From Candidatus Saccharimonadales bacterium (GTDB taxonomy: Bacteria; Patescibacteriota; Saccharimonadia; Saccharimonadales; DATKHC01): a stretch of DNA of 64,000 nt. The position numbers and the translations under genes are program-made. The stretch is from contig DATKHC010000004.1 in assembly GCA_035510465.1 (NCBI GenBank), positions 6,481 through 70,480 of the forward strand, in the 5' to 3' direction. Of this stretch, positions 25,304 through 34,299 are shown in pieces (position 1 is the stretch's first letter; each line of letters opens with the position of its first letter). Under the pieces are notes generated by a model. That model did not search any database and was not told where the DNA came from. It was given only the letters and a program-made list of their open reading frames with translations.

Positions 25304-26527
25304 TTACTCATGCCTTAGTGAATCTATAGGATCTCGTTTTGCAGCTCTTATGGCTGGCATAGCTCCGAAAACAATTCCTTCCAATAGAGATACGCCAATA
25401 GCAATAGCCACGATCTCTAAGGATAGGCTTGGTGGAAGATTAGTAAACTGTGATATCGCATAATCGGCAGCTAGTGAAATAAGTACACCTATTATTCCGC
25501 CACTTAAACTTATGATAGACGCCTCGATTAGAAATTGGTTCATTATATGTTTATTGGTTGCGCCGATAGCTTTTCTAATACCAATTTCTCTGGTGCGTTC
25601 CATTACAGAAACCAACATTATGTTCATGATACCTATACCTCCGACCACTAGGGATATACCGGCAACGCTAGCTATCATGGTCGTAAGTAACGTAAGGGCT
25701 CTGTTTGATAGAGCCAGAATCTGTTTCTGCTCCAAGACAGTAAAATCTGTTTGGCCTCCGCGTTCCTGTTCTAGGGTATTAGAAATAGCCCGAGTTACCT
25801 GGTCTGTAAGCTTCGGGTTACTCGGTTTTGCCAGTATCTGATAAATATCTGGCTGATTACCGCTTAGGCTATTGCCAACAGCAAAGGGGATAAAAACACT
25901 GTTGTTATAGTCTGTGCCTGAGCTAAACTGACTTACGTCAAAGGGTGCGAATATACCAGCAACTACGAAGTTAACTCCTCTCATTTGGAATGAATTTCCG
26001 ATCGGGACAGGTTCATGAAAAAGTGCCTGAGCCAAGTTTGCACCTATAACAGCAAAGTTCTGCGCATTATCAGATGCGCTAAAAAATTGCCCATAAGCTA
26101 CAGTTTGGTTTAACACTTCAGGGAGTGCATCTGTGGTCGAGATTATGCTGTCACCACTATAAGTTTTATTGCCAACCTGGATATCACCCGTTACGGAAGC
26201 CATCGGCACAGCTATCCCGACGCCATTGGTCGCACCAACTAAGGTTAGGTCGCGTTCCGAAAAGGAACCACTACCAATAGCTGGAACAAAATTCAATCTT
26301 TGCGCCAAACTAAGAGTGCTACTAGTATTTTGCTCTGGCAAGATTGTAATCAAGTTTGGCCCCAGTTGATTAATTTGAGATGTAATTTGCTTTTTAATAC
26401 CGTAGCCAATACTGACTGTCATCACCACACTAACAACCCCAATGACTACACCAAGCATCGTCAGAAAACTGCGCCACCTTTTGGTTTTAACTGACTGGAT
26501 AGCCAGCTTTAAATTAGTGGCGAACAT
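25304..26527 (-). CDS. ABC exporter permease, MacB/FtsX type
   Basis: N-terminal TM, periplasmic-type domain and C-terminal FtsX-like 3-TM bundle; 1-nt overlap with the ATPase gene. Confidence 0.75.
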   Translation of the reverse strand: MFATNLKLAIQSVKTKRWRSFLTMLGVVIGVVSVVMTVSIGYGIKKQITSQINQLGPNLITILPEQNTSSTLSLAQRLNFVPAIGSGSFSERDLTLVGATNGVGIAVPMASVTGDIQVGNKTYSGDSIISTTDALPEVLNQTVAYGQFFSASDNAQNFAVIGANLAQALFHEPVPIGNSFQMRGVNFVVAGIFAPFDVSQFSSGTDYNNSVFIPFAVGNSLSGNQPDIYQILAKPSNPKLTDQVTRAISNTLEQERGGQTDFTVLEQKQILALSNRALTLLTTMIASVAGISLVVGGIGIMNIMLVSVMERTREIGIRKAIGATNKHIMNQFLIEASIISLSGGIIGVLISLAADYAISQFTNLPPSLSLEIVAIAIGVSLLEGIVFGAMPAIRAAKRDPIDSLRHE

Positions 26528-27405
26528 TAGCGCTTTCCTCTACTTGAACCACCCACTGCTAGATTATATTTCTTCGAATTTGACTTCTTCTTAGTCTGTT
26601 TCTTCCTTAGTGTTTCTTTGTGCGGAATCGCACGCATAAGCTCCGACACGCCCTTCATATCATCATCAACCGTTTTTCTGGGGATGAAGTAAAGTTCTCG
26701 AGCCAAATTAGGAACATCCCCAAATACAGAAGATTCGTCGGCCACTATCGTGCCATCACGCATAAAGACAACCCGGCTGGCAAAACGTGTCAGCTCAGGG
26801 TTGTGAGTAACTAATAGAACGGTACTACCGCTTGCATGAAGATCGCTGAGTAGTTCCATAACCAACCTAGAAGAGCTACTGTCTAGATTTCCAGTGGGTT
26901 CGTCAGCAATGATAATGTCTGGTTCATTTACAAGTGCTCTTGCTATCGCGACTCGTTGAGCCTCACCTCCGCTTAAAAAACGTGGCAGGAAATATTCACG
27001 CTCAGAAAGCCCAACTCGCTCCAAAATCTGGGCCGCTTTTTTAAGCCGTCTGGTTCTTGCAACCCCCTTGTACATAAGTGGCAGGGCAACGTTTTCTAAA
27101 ACTGTCAAATTTGGGATGAGGTTGAAATTCTGAAAGATAAAACCGATCTTATCCCGTCTAGCCTTAGTTTTTTGGTTGATTTTTAATTTTTCAACTGATC
27201 GACCGTTAAGTCTATAGACACCGTTAGTTGGTCTTTCAAGCAAACCAATTATGTAAAGAAGGGTAGACTTACCGGAACCACTTGGACCCATAATGCCGAC
27301 AAACTCTCCTAGATCCACCTCTAAGCTGACTTCATCAAGCGCTACGGTAGTAGCGCCAGGGAAGCCATACAGCTTGCTGACGTCTTTAAGTGATATTAAT
27401 CCCAT
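26527..27405 (-). CDS. ABC transporter ATP-binding protein (MacB/LolD-like)
   Basis: GPSGSGKST, LSGGEAQRVAIARAL, IIADEPTGNLD. Start moved to MGLISLKDV because the track N-terminus overlaps tRNA-Ser antisense. Confidence 0.85.
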   Translation of the reverse strand: MGLISLKDVSKLYGFPGATTVALDEVSLEVDLGEFVGIMGPSGSGKSTLLYIIGLLERPTNGVYRLNGRSVEKLKINQKTKARRDKIGFIFQNFNLIPNLTVLENVALPLMYKGVARTRRLKKAAQILERVGLSEREYFLPRFLSGGEAQRVAIARALVNEPDIIIADEPTGNLDSSSSRLVMELLSDLHASGSTVLLVTHNPELTRFASRVVFMRDGTIVADESSVFGDVPNLARELYFIPRKTVDDDMKGVSELMRAIPHKETLRKKQTKKKSNSKKYNLAVGGSSRGKR

Positions 27406-27506
27406 TATTTGTAGTTTACATCTGATAGCACTTCTTCCACAAGGTGTTATTTGATTTTTTTCAGATATACTGAAAAGCACTGTTAATTCATATTGCAGTA
27501 AAAATT

Positions 27507-27596
27507 GGAAGAGTGTCCGAGTGGTTGAAGGAGCACGCTTGGAAAGCGTGTATGCGGGCAACCGTATCGCGGGTTCGAATCCCGCCTCTTCCGCCA
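27507..27596 (+). tRNA. tRNA-Ser (GGA), CCA encoded
   Basis: GGAAGAG acceptor, anticodon arm CACGC-TTGGAAA-GCGTG, long variable arm, T arm GCGGG-TTCGAAT-CCCGC. Confidence 0.9.
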
Positions 27597-27624
27597 CGTT
27601 CTAGTGATGTTTCTGCTCAAATTA

Positions 27625-27659
27625 AAAAAGCCGGCGGAGCTTAAGCCGGCTTTTCTTTA
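27625..27659. terminator. bidirectional intrinsic terminator
   Basis: AAAAAGCCGGC-GGAGCTTAA-GCCGGCTTTTCTTT. Confidence 0.7.
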
Positions 27660-27742
27660 TGGTGCTCTGGGACTAAATACCCAAGCTAATGGAGATGTTT
27701 TTGTGGTTTTTGTTTTTATGTTGAGTATGCGTTTTTGAAGTT

Positions 27743-28123
27743 TCATCTTTGGCTCCTTGTGGGGTTAAAGATGATACGAAAGGTATCTGCCGCTAAAACA
27801 ACTGCTATTTTGCTGACTCTCATAAAGCCAGCAAAAACCTGTTTTAGATATGACAAGACATCTTGCATAGCTCCTCCGCTTGAGCCTGAGCCCGAAGACG
27901 GTATATTTGTTTTTTCTGATGTTAGAATCAGATTTTTTGTGTTTGTTTGGTTTTTTGTTTGTGTTGTTTGGTCTGTCGAACCTGAGCTCTCAGCACTGAC
28001 AATCCTGGATGATTGATCAGACTTAGTAACGCTTGGGATGACTGGAATAATCCCAATTGCTACCAGGACGACTAGTAGAACGGCCACAATGTGACCAACA
28101 AATGATGTGTGAGTATCCATCAC
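27743..28123 (-). CDS. small membrane-anchored low-complexity protein
   Basis: GTG start, TM helix HIVAVLLVVLVAIGIIPVI, SD AAAGGAG upstream. Preferred over the overlapping + ORF 27735..28016. Confidence 0.5.
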   Translation of the reverse strand: MMDTHTSFVGHIVAVLLVVLVAIGIIPVIPSVTKSDQSSRIVSAESSGSTDQTTQTKNQTNTKNLILTSEKTNIPSSGSGSSGGAMQDVLSYLKQVFAGFMRVSKIAVVLAADTFRIIFNPTRSQR

Positions 28124-28168
28124 TGCTCCTTTCTACGAATCCAAAGGAGCAGTGCTAGATCTGAAATC

Positions 28169-28210
28169 AAAAAAATCCTAGTCGCTATTTAAAAAATAGG
28201 GGCCTAGGAT
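28169..28210 (-). terminator. intrinsic terminator downstream of the NUDIX gene
   Basis: On the minus strand: ATCCTAGGCCCCTATTTTTTAAATAGCGACTAGGAT followed by TTTTTTT. Confidence 0.6.
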
Positions 28211-28432
28211 ATGAGATCAGAAAAATCACTTAGGGTAGGCCCGGTTACGCTATTAGCTCCACATATATCTAGCGTCCAAATAACGATATATGCTTCTACG
28301 CTTGCACTACTTCTTTGAATTGACTTTTAAATTACTATAACGAGGATAAACAAAGCTTTTTACCCTGACATTCTCGTTACGCTAAACAATATACACTATA
28401 GTTGATTATTTGTCAATATTAATGTCTCCGTT

Positions 28433-28969
28433 TTAAGCAGTATCGTACTTTTCAGCACTGACGGCAATCCAACCTCCAAGACAAATATCAAATATGAACA
28501 TGCCTATCTCTCGCACGTTGCCCGGAATTTCTTCTTCCGGAAGAGCGGCCAGCTCATCCCGGGTAAAGCCTCTGATAGTTGTCGATTCACCTGGGGCTAT
28601 TTCTTTTTTGGAATCTTTCAAAACCGTGAAGGCAAATTCGATATCCGTATGGAAGTGGTCTGCGCTAAAGAGGTGTGTCATGAGACAAACAGGGTAGGGA
28701 TGTAGGGTAGCACCCTTAAGACTTCTCGGTACATTTTTGGGTTGAAGAACACTCAACTGATCCACGGTATATCCAGCTTCTTCCTCGATCTCGTGTAGTA
28801 CGCCCGCCCATGGGTTTTCCTCTTTTTCGACGTGACCGCCGAATTGTAGAAAGGTTCCCAGTTTCTTGTGTCTGTGAAGAAGTAGTTTTGGTTCTGTCGT
28901 ACTCAGACGCACAATAAACGCACTGGCAGTTTGATCGTGCTCGCCTGGTTGAGTGTGAATATGGGGCAT
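28433..28969 (-). CDS. NUDIX hydrolase
   Basis: NUDIX box GGHVEKEENPWAGVLHEIEEEAGY. Confidence 0.8.
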   Translation of the reverse strand: MPHIHTQPGEHDQTASAFIVRLSTTEPKLLLHRHKKLGTFLQFGGHVEKEENPWAGVLHEIEEEAGYTVDQLSVLQPKNVPRSLKGATLHPYPVCLMTHLFSADHFHTDIEFAFTVLKDSKKEIAPGESTTIRGFTRDELAALPEEEIPGNVREIGMFIFDICLGGWIAVSAEKYDTA

Positions 28970-29059
28970 AGTCCAAGCTTACCAAAATAGGGCCAAATAA
29001 AAAGCACGACCATAATTGGACAGCTTTCTAAGTACACGCGAATGGAAAGGTGTGCTGAT

Positions 29060-29644
29060 TTATTTCTCTCGCCAAAGAGTAAAAACCAAGTCGTCTATAG
29101 CATTCCATTCTGTTTGGAAGGCATTTTGTTGATACTCTTGATTACGGTTTATTAGTCTGCCATTAATATTATAAAAGGCGTTAAATTTAAAGTCGCAATT
29201 TACGTTATAGTGATCTAACTTGTTTTGTTTTCGCCAATTTTTATCTAGGTAATAGAGTGTCATGTCCGTAATGTATCTTTGGTGAGTCGGATCTTGGAAA
29301 GCTCTCATTGACGTATAGTAGGGAGTGACAAATCTAGCAAATCCATTAAGGGGCACGTTAGGGTTATCCGGATCAAGCTTAACTGCCTTTAGAGTGCGGT
29401 AAACTTCATCAAAGAACTGAAAAAACGGATCATTAAACCCGTCACCATGTGGAATGTGTTCTATAAAATGCGAGCACTCATATTCGTCGACTGATTTATC
29501 CTTTATCTGCTTCCAGATGCTGTCTTCGCCGAAATCTAAAAGATTACCAACGTATTTAACACCTTTTAGCTTCGCGATATCCATACCAACAAAACTTTTG
29601 GGGATATTTTGCCCACCAGCTATTGATATTTTTAGTTTCGCCAT
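29060..29644 (-). CDS. class I SAM-methyltransferase-like protein (degenerate Gly motif)
   Basis: ISIAGGQN..VGMDI...SVDEYECSHFIEHIP resembles the Methyltransf_11/23 layout. Confidence 0.45.
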   Translation of the reverse strand: MAKLKISIAGGQNIPKSFVGMDIAKLKGVKYVGNLLDFGEDSIWKQIKDKSVDEYECSHFIEHIPHGDGFNDPFFQFFDEVYRTLKAVKLDPDNPNVPLNGFARFVTPYYTSMRAFQDPTHQRYITDMTLYYLDKNWRKQNKLDHYNVNCDFKFNAFYNINGRLINRNQEYQQNAFQTEWNAIDDLVFTLWREK

Positions 29645-29653
29645 GCCGCTCCT

Positions 29654-30409
29654 TTACCAAGCTATCTGATTGTCTTCATCCCAATGTACCACAGGTACCC
29701 TAGCATCGCACGCAAACTTATAACCAAGTCCAACGGCTTTTTCAAAAAAGTACAAATCTTGAGTGTAGGCTTTAACGCCGACATTGGGCTCAAAATTTTG
29801 CATTGTCTTAAACCATTCGCCATATTTAAATCTTTTGTCTTTAAACATCTTAAGTCTCCATAGATTAAAGCCCATACCCAGTCCATTACAGGGGGTAAGC
29901 TCATTTGGGGTGGGATTCCTGGGTATAAAGTTCAGGGGCTTAACGTTTGGATCACCATAACACATTGGTTGGCCGCCTTCGCCTTTAGTCCAGTAAAGTC
30001 CGCCTACACAATCGTATTTATCCATCCCTTCATAGAGCTTTAGTAAGCCGTCTGGGTATTGAGGGTAATTATCTTCTTCTATAGTTAAAATATATTTAAA
30101 TTTAGATAAATCAGGATGTTCCAGTATCATTTTAATACCCTGGTTATATGCCGTAGCTACTTCCATGCGCTCCATAAAGATAGGACCAAAGATTTTTTGG
30201 TTCATCGGTCGCACATACTGCCAGTTGGCTACTACTCTTGAAGGTATTACGCCTCTGGTAGGACAAATTATAAGAGTAGAAAGGTCTCTATAAGTTTTCT
30301 CTTTTTCTAGTCGCTCATTCCAATTACTGTCGTTGTGATAGCTGTCGTTGGACATGACTATTTGGGGTTTAGTATCAGCCATTTTACTTAATTTTATCAT
30401 ACCGTCCAA
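29654..30409 (-). CDS. GT-A-fold glycosyltransferase-like protein
   Basis: STLIICPTRG...AYNQG...YILTIEEDN (DxD-like). Confidence 0.45.
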   Translation of the reverse strand: MDGMIKLSKMADTKPQIVMSNDSYHNDSNWNERLEKEKTYRDLSTLIICPTRGVIPSRVVANWQYVRPMNQKIFGPIFMERMEVATAYNQGIKMILEHPDLSKFKYILTIEEDNYPQYPDGLLKLYEGMDKYDCVGGLYWTKGEGGQPMCYGDPNVKPLNFIPRNPTPNELTPCNGLGMGFNLWRLKMFKDKRFKYGEWFKTMQNFEPNVGVKAYTQDLYFFEKAVGLGYKFACDARVPVVHWDEDNQIAW

Positions 30410-31050
30410 GCTAAGTTTATGCCTGAAATAGGAGCAAGAGCTATCACTATCATGCCAGCAGGCAGCCTAGAAGTTGTCCAGTTACCTGTCGGAGTTTTAC
30501 CACTAACAGTAGCTCCTGGGATAATAGAACCACCGACAGTATTTGATGAACTCGTAGTTATATTAGTAAGCACATAGGAAGTCCAAGCTGTAGGAGCACC
30601 CATAGTCAGTCCAGTATTAGCAGCACCAACGTCAGCCAGAATAATATCATTAGCATATGTGGTAGTTACAGAGCTAGAAGCTAATGTAGTGGCAGGTGAA
30701 CTACCGTTAGTAGCTACTATAACATCGATAATGGGAGCGATAGAGTTATTCCCCGCCACTTCAAAATAGGCTATACCTTGTACACTCCCACCAGATTGAG
30801 TAGGTTCGAGGGTAGTTTCACCACCTACGGCCAGTTTATACGCCACCGCCATACTGACAGTGCCGTTATTAGCGGTAGTAGAGTTAGTAGTCCAGCCAGT
30901 TGAACCGCTAATGTTATCTGCACCCGTTATTGTGCCAATCACGCTCCCCGACACAAATGCCACTAAATAATTCCCTGCCTCAGCTGAGGTAATAGTAAGA
31001 GTAGTCGCAACTCCAGTAGTCTGTTCGTTATTCAAGACTGAGAGTGCCAT
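30397..31050 (-). CDS. Thr/Ser/Gly-rich fibre-like protein
   Basis: ORF track; overlaps the GT gene by 13 nt; beta-rich low-complexity composition. Confidence 0.45.
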   Translation of the reverse strand: MALSVLNNEQTTGVATTLTITSAEAGNYLVAFVSGSVIGTITGADNISGSTGWTTNSTTANNGTVSMAVAYKLAVGGETTLEPTQSGGSVQGIAYFEVAGNNSIAPIIDVIVATNGSSPATTLASSSVTTTYANDIILADVGAANTGLTMGAPTAWTSYVLTNITTSSSNTVGGSIIPGATVSGKTPTGNWTTSRLPAGMIVIALAPISGINLAWTV

Positions 31051-31225
31051 TACACTACCTGCCGATAGATTCTTACCGCTACCTGATTACTTGTATTGTA
31101 GTAATTCCCAGGGCTAGAAGTAATAGAAGCAGTCATGACGAAATCTGTGTCTGCTGGGATAACTGGCTGAGACACTAAAGTAGCCCAAGTAGCCGAAACT
31201 GGAAATACCTGTGTAAAAGTAGACA

Positions 31226-32356
31226 TTAGTAGTTCCTAAATACTAAAGCTATATTTGCTTGGGAGATATTAGCGCCTGTCTGGTTAATGTTTGCAAGACT
31301 AATCGAAACTGGTACGGCGTTAGTAGTAGCTGAAAGAATACCCATACCAGAATACCAGTTCACCGAAGTTGCAGTTAAGGCTCCTATCTCACCATAATTA
31401 AGAGCAGTTGCGATTTGGTTACCTCCATACATTGAAAGAGTTTGAGCTAAGTTGGTAGTAGCCGTTCCCACTGAACTTGAGTTAGTGCTGAAACCAAAGC
31501 CCACATAATATTCGCCAGGAGTCATATTTATATTAACTGGGACTGATATAGGCCGAATAGCCGAGTTAATTGATGACCAACTAGCCGAGTTGGAAGCGTA
31601 CTGATAAGTTGTGTGAGTTGAACCACTCGATACACTAGATAAAGTTTGACCATTAAGAGTATAAATCCCAGCAATAGCGGTCAAGGCAATAGCGGCGGTA
31701 TTAGCAGCAGCTGACGTACCCGCACTCCATGAAACAAGAGCATCTAGTCTGGTAGCCGTAATCCAGTTATCAGCATTAACATATTGAATAGAATAACTAG
31801 CATTAGCAGGAGCTGAGATCAGAGTAAGCATCCTATCTGGATAGAGACTGCGAGATAACATAGGGTGAATACTGCCCGTAATAGTTGAACCGTTAGTAGA
31901 GAAACTAACTCCGGCTGTGCCCACCATACTTGAAATAGCGGGCACAGAGAACAGAACTGATTGTGCTCCTGAGCTTATAGTCAGTGGTGCTCCGCCATTA
32001 TTGGACATTACTACCGTGCCTGATGTGAATGTAGCGTTAGAAGCTGCAATAGCTACACCTGAAGGCACGGTGTATGATCCTGTCATCGTTGAGCCATTCA
32101 AGCCAAATGCCAATCCATTTGAGTTAGAGAAGGTTATAGCTGACAGGTTGTTGCTGGTAGAGCCACCAGAAACGTTAATGGCAGATATAAGCCCTGCAAT
32201 TGAAGGCACGGTGTATGATCCTGTCATCGTTGAGCCATTCAAGCCAAACGCCAATCCATTTGAGTTAGAGAAGGTAACTTGAGTTAGGTTATTTGAAGTT
32301 GCACCGGCTGAAACATTAAGCGAACCCGGGGCGTTAGAAAAAGGGAGTAACGCCAT
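31226..32356 (-). CDS. fibre-like protein with internal 47-aa repeat
   Basis: TFSNSNGLAFGLNGSTMTGSYTVPS occurs twice. Confidence 0.5.
   Translation of the reverse strand: MALLPFSNAPGSLNVSAGATSNNLTQVTFSNSNGLAFGLNGSTMTGSYTVPSIAGLISAINVSGGSTSNNLSAITFSNSNGLAFGLNGSTMTGSYTVPSGVAIAASNATFTSGTVVMSNNGGAPLTISSGAQSVLFSVPAISSMVGTAGVSFSTNGSTITGSIHPMLSRSLYPDRMLTLISAPANASYSIQYVNADNWITATRLDALVSWSAGTSAAANTAAIALTAIAGIYTLNGQTLSSVSSGSTHTTYQYASNSASWSSINSAIRPISVPVNINMTPGEYYVGFGFSTNSSSVGTATTNLAQTLSMYGGNQIATALNYGEIGALTATSVNWYSGMGILSATTNAVPVSISLANINQTGANISQANIALVFRNY
32061..32275 (-). repeat. two 74-bp near-identical direct repeats (32061-32134 and 32202-32275), period 141 bp, inside the gene
   Basis: GAAGGCACGGTGTATGATCCTGTCATCGTTGAGCCATTCAAGCCAAA[T/C]GCCAATCCATTTGAGTTAGAGAAGGT; one mismatch. 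Confidence 0.85.
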
Positions 32357-32358
32357 TT

Positions 32359-33528
32359 TTAACTACCCGCCCAACTGACATAATCGCCGGCCGTCCCATT
32401 GATATATAAGTCATTAGTATTAACCATAGCAAATGAAATGGAGGCTCCTGGAGGAAGTAGATAACCGTTGCCGGTGCCACCGGTTGTATTGTTAACTCCT
32501 GAGCCACCAACGGATATAGAAGCCACGTTGGCTGATGAAGCAGAAATAATTATCCCGTTGGTGAGAACTTGTGAAGTGCCGCCGTTTAGCTGAACCGCTG
32601 TGCCGGTACCAGCAATTTTGCTCTGACCGACCTGCGGTGTGCTGACTAGAGGATTTGTGATGCCAACACTAGTATTTGTCAGATAAGTATTTAGTGCACT
32701 TGAGGTTGAGTTAATGGCATTGCCTGAACCATCATTTAGCCAAGTAGTAGTAAGTAGCTTTGCGGCATTAGCCTGGCCGACAATGACGTTGACAACATTA
32801 TCGGCCGCCATGGCGTTGATAATAATGTTAGCTGTACCGCTGCCAGTAATCACTGGGTTAAGTCGTACTCTATACTGCTGAAACCCAGCAATGTCGCCGT
32901 ACCAGATTTGATTCGCGCCTGTTAGTGTATACGTCGTTTCAAGTGTAAAAGTGTTACCACGCTGCATTGGTGCAGGCCACCAATTCGTACCATCATAAGC
33001 CTCGAAATTGACCCCGCCCGCAGTCAGTGTGCCTGAAGCCACAAAACTGACTATTATTGTGCCATAACCCGATAATGAAGAGACCGTTAAGGCCGTATTG
33101 TTAGAAGTGGCGCTTGTCCAGGCTGCAGAAGAAGCCACCGGTTGAGCAAAGACATCGTTCACATTCAACCTAGCCGATGAAATTGCACCAGCAATAGTCG
33201 CTAGGTTGCCACCTGTTTCTTGGGCAGCGTTAGACGGGAGCAGGGGGGTTTCATAGATAGGATCGGTGCTTTTGGCCTCGTATACAATCTGGAGAGAATC
33301 ACCATTTGCAGCACCACCTGGGACAGCCGACAAAGTTATGACGTTATTGCTCGAGATTGTAGCGCTAGCTACAGTACTGTCAGCAAAGTTAAACAAAATA
33401 GTATTGATAGTAACGTCAGTTATGAGATAAAGACGTTTAAGATCAACTGGATACGAAGAATTGAAGTCAGACAGCGTAACTGTTTTAGCACTAGTACTAA
33501 AGCTGTAGTTGGTTACTACCTGCTTCAT
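32359..33528 (-). CDS. tail-fibre/receptor-binding-like protein
   Basis: ORF track; Gly/Thr/Asn/Ser-rich; 3 nt from the neighbouring genes on both sides. Confidence 0.45.
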   Translation of the reverse strand: MKQVVTNYSFSTSAKTVTLSDFNSSYPVDLKRLYLITDVTINTILFNFADSTVASATISSNNVITLSAVPGGAANGDSLQIVYEAKSTDPIYETPLLPSNAAQETGGNLATIAGAISSARLNVNDVFAQPVASSAAWTSATSNNTALTVSSLSGYGTIIVSFVASGTLTAGGVNFEAYDGTNWWPAPMQRGNTFTLETTYTLTGANQIWYGDIAGFQQYRVRLNPVITGSGTANIIINAMAADNVVNVIVGQANAAKLLTTTWLNDGSGNAINSTSSALNTYLTNTSVGITNPLVSTPQVGQSKIAGTGTAVQLNGGTSQVLTNGIIISASSANVASISVGGSGVNNTTGGTGNGYLLPPGASISFAMVNTNDLYINGTAGDYVSWAGS

Positions 33529-33531
33529 GGA

Positions 33532-33909
33532 TTATCCTAGCGCTGTTGCCATTGCTATAACAAAGCCCTTACTAACGCCACCACCACCGGACCCATTTGC
33601 CGCTGCAGTGACTCGGCCTTTAACATCAATTGTTATATTAGCGCTTGTATAAGAACCTGCCGTAGTAATTGAAGCTAAAGCTGGACTAGTAGCCGAACCG
33701 GCTAAATCACCAGCCAGCTGAACGAGTCCAGGGTGAGAACTTGTTGCTAAATTATAATTTGTCCCACCCGTATAGGTGTTAATCAAGCCTGTTTGTAGTG
33801 TACCGTTACCGTTATTTGCGCCAGTGTTTTCAAGAGCTTGCTCAAGAAAGTCGTTTAGAATCCCTCCCCAAGTATTATCATCAGCACCAACCGTTGGCAA
33901 AGTCGACAT
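33532..33909 (-). CDS. small phage-tail-fibre-like protein
   Basis: N-terminal [22 protein letters not shown] and [14 protein letters not shown] motifs, as seen in phage tail-fibre / minor tail proteins. Confidence 0.5.
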   Translation of the reverse strand: MSTLPTVGADDNTWGGILNDFLEQALENTGANNGNGTLQTGLINTYTGGTNYNLATSSHPGLVQLAGDLAGSATSPALASITTAGSYTSANITIDVKGRVTAAANGSGGGGVSKGFVIAMATALG

Positions 33910-34019
33910 ATTTTTATCCTATGCTTTTATAGTTAGTGTTATCACCCCTTACAGCTGGAGTTATAATATCATAAAGGTTTGGCCAGTTCAAAACACTTAA
34001 GCTAGTGTTTCTTTAGAGA

Positions 34020-34247
34020 CTAATACGCCTTATTTGAGTCGTAAACGTCCTTTGCGTGATGACCGCCGTATCGCCCACCACCAAAGCCAGGTATTTGGGA
34101 AGCGTTAGGATTACCTAAGCTGTGTGTTGCTTCCAAAGCACTAAGTAGCGCAGTAATCCCAATTAAAGAAACAAAACCAACACCCAGAGTGGTCATAAAC
34201 TCTTTCCTAGACATTTTTTTGTTTAATAAGTGGCCAAAATTTACCAC
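34020..34247 (-). CDS. small secreted/anchored Gly-rich protein
   Basis: MSRKEFMTTLGVGFVSLIGITALLSA signal-like segment. Confidence 0.4.
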   Translation of the reverse strand: MVNFGHLLNKKMSRKEFMTTLGVGFVSLIGITALLSALEATHSLGNPNASQIPGFGGGRYGGHHAKDVYDSNKAY

Positions 34248-34299
34248 CAGGCAACCCCTAATTTATTACCCTTATGATAAAAGAAGTTTGCGCAGGCTG

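Noticed and set aside
29060-34247. Calling this block a prophage
   Set aside because: Only fibre-like proteins plus GT/MT-like genes are present. There are no capsid, portal, terminase, tape-measure or integrase genes nearby.
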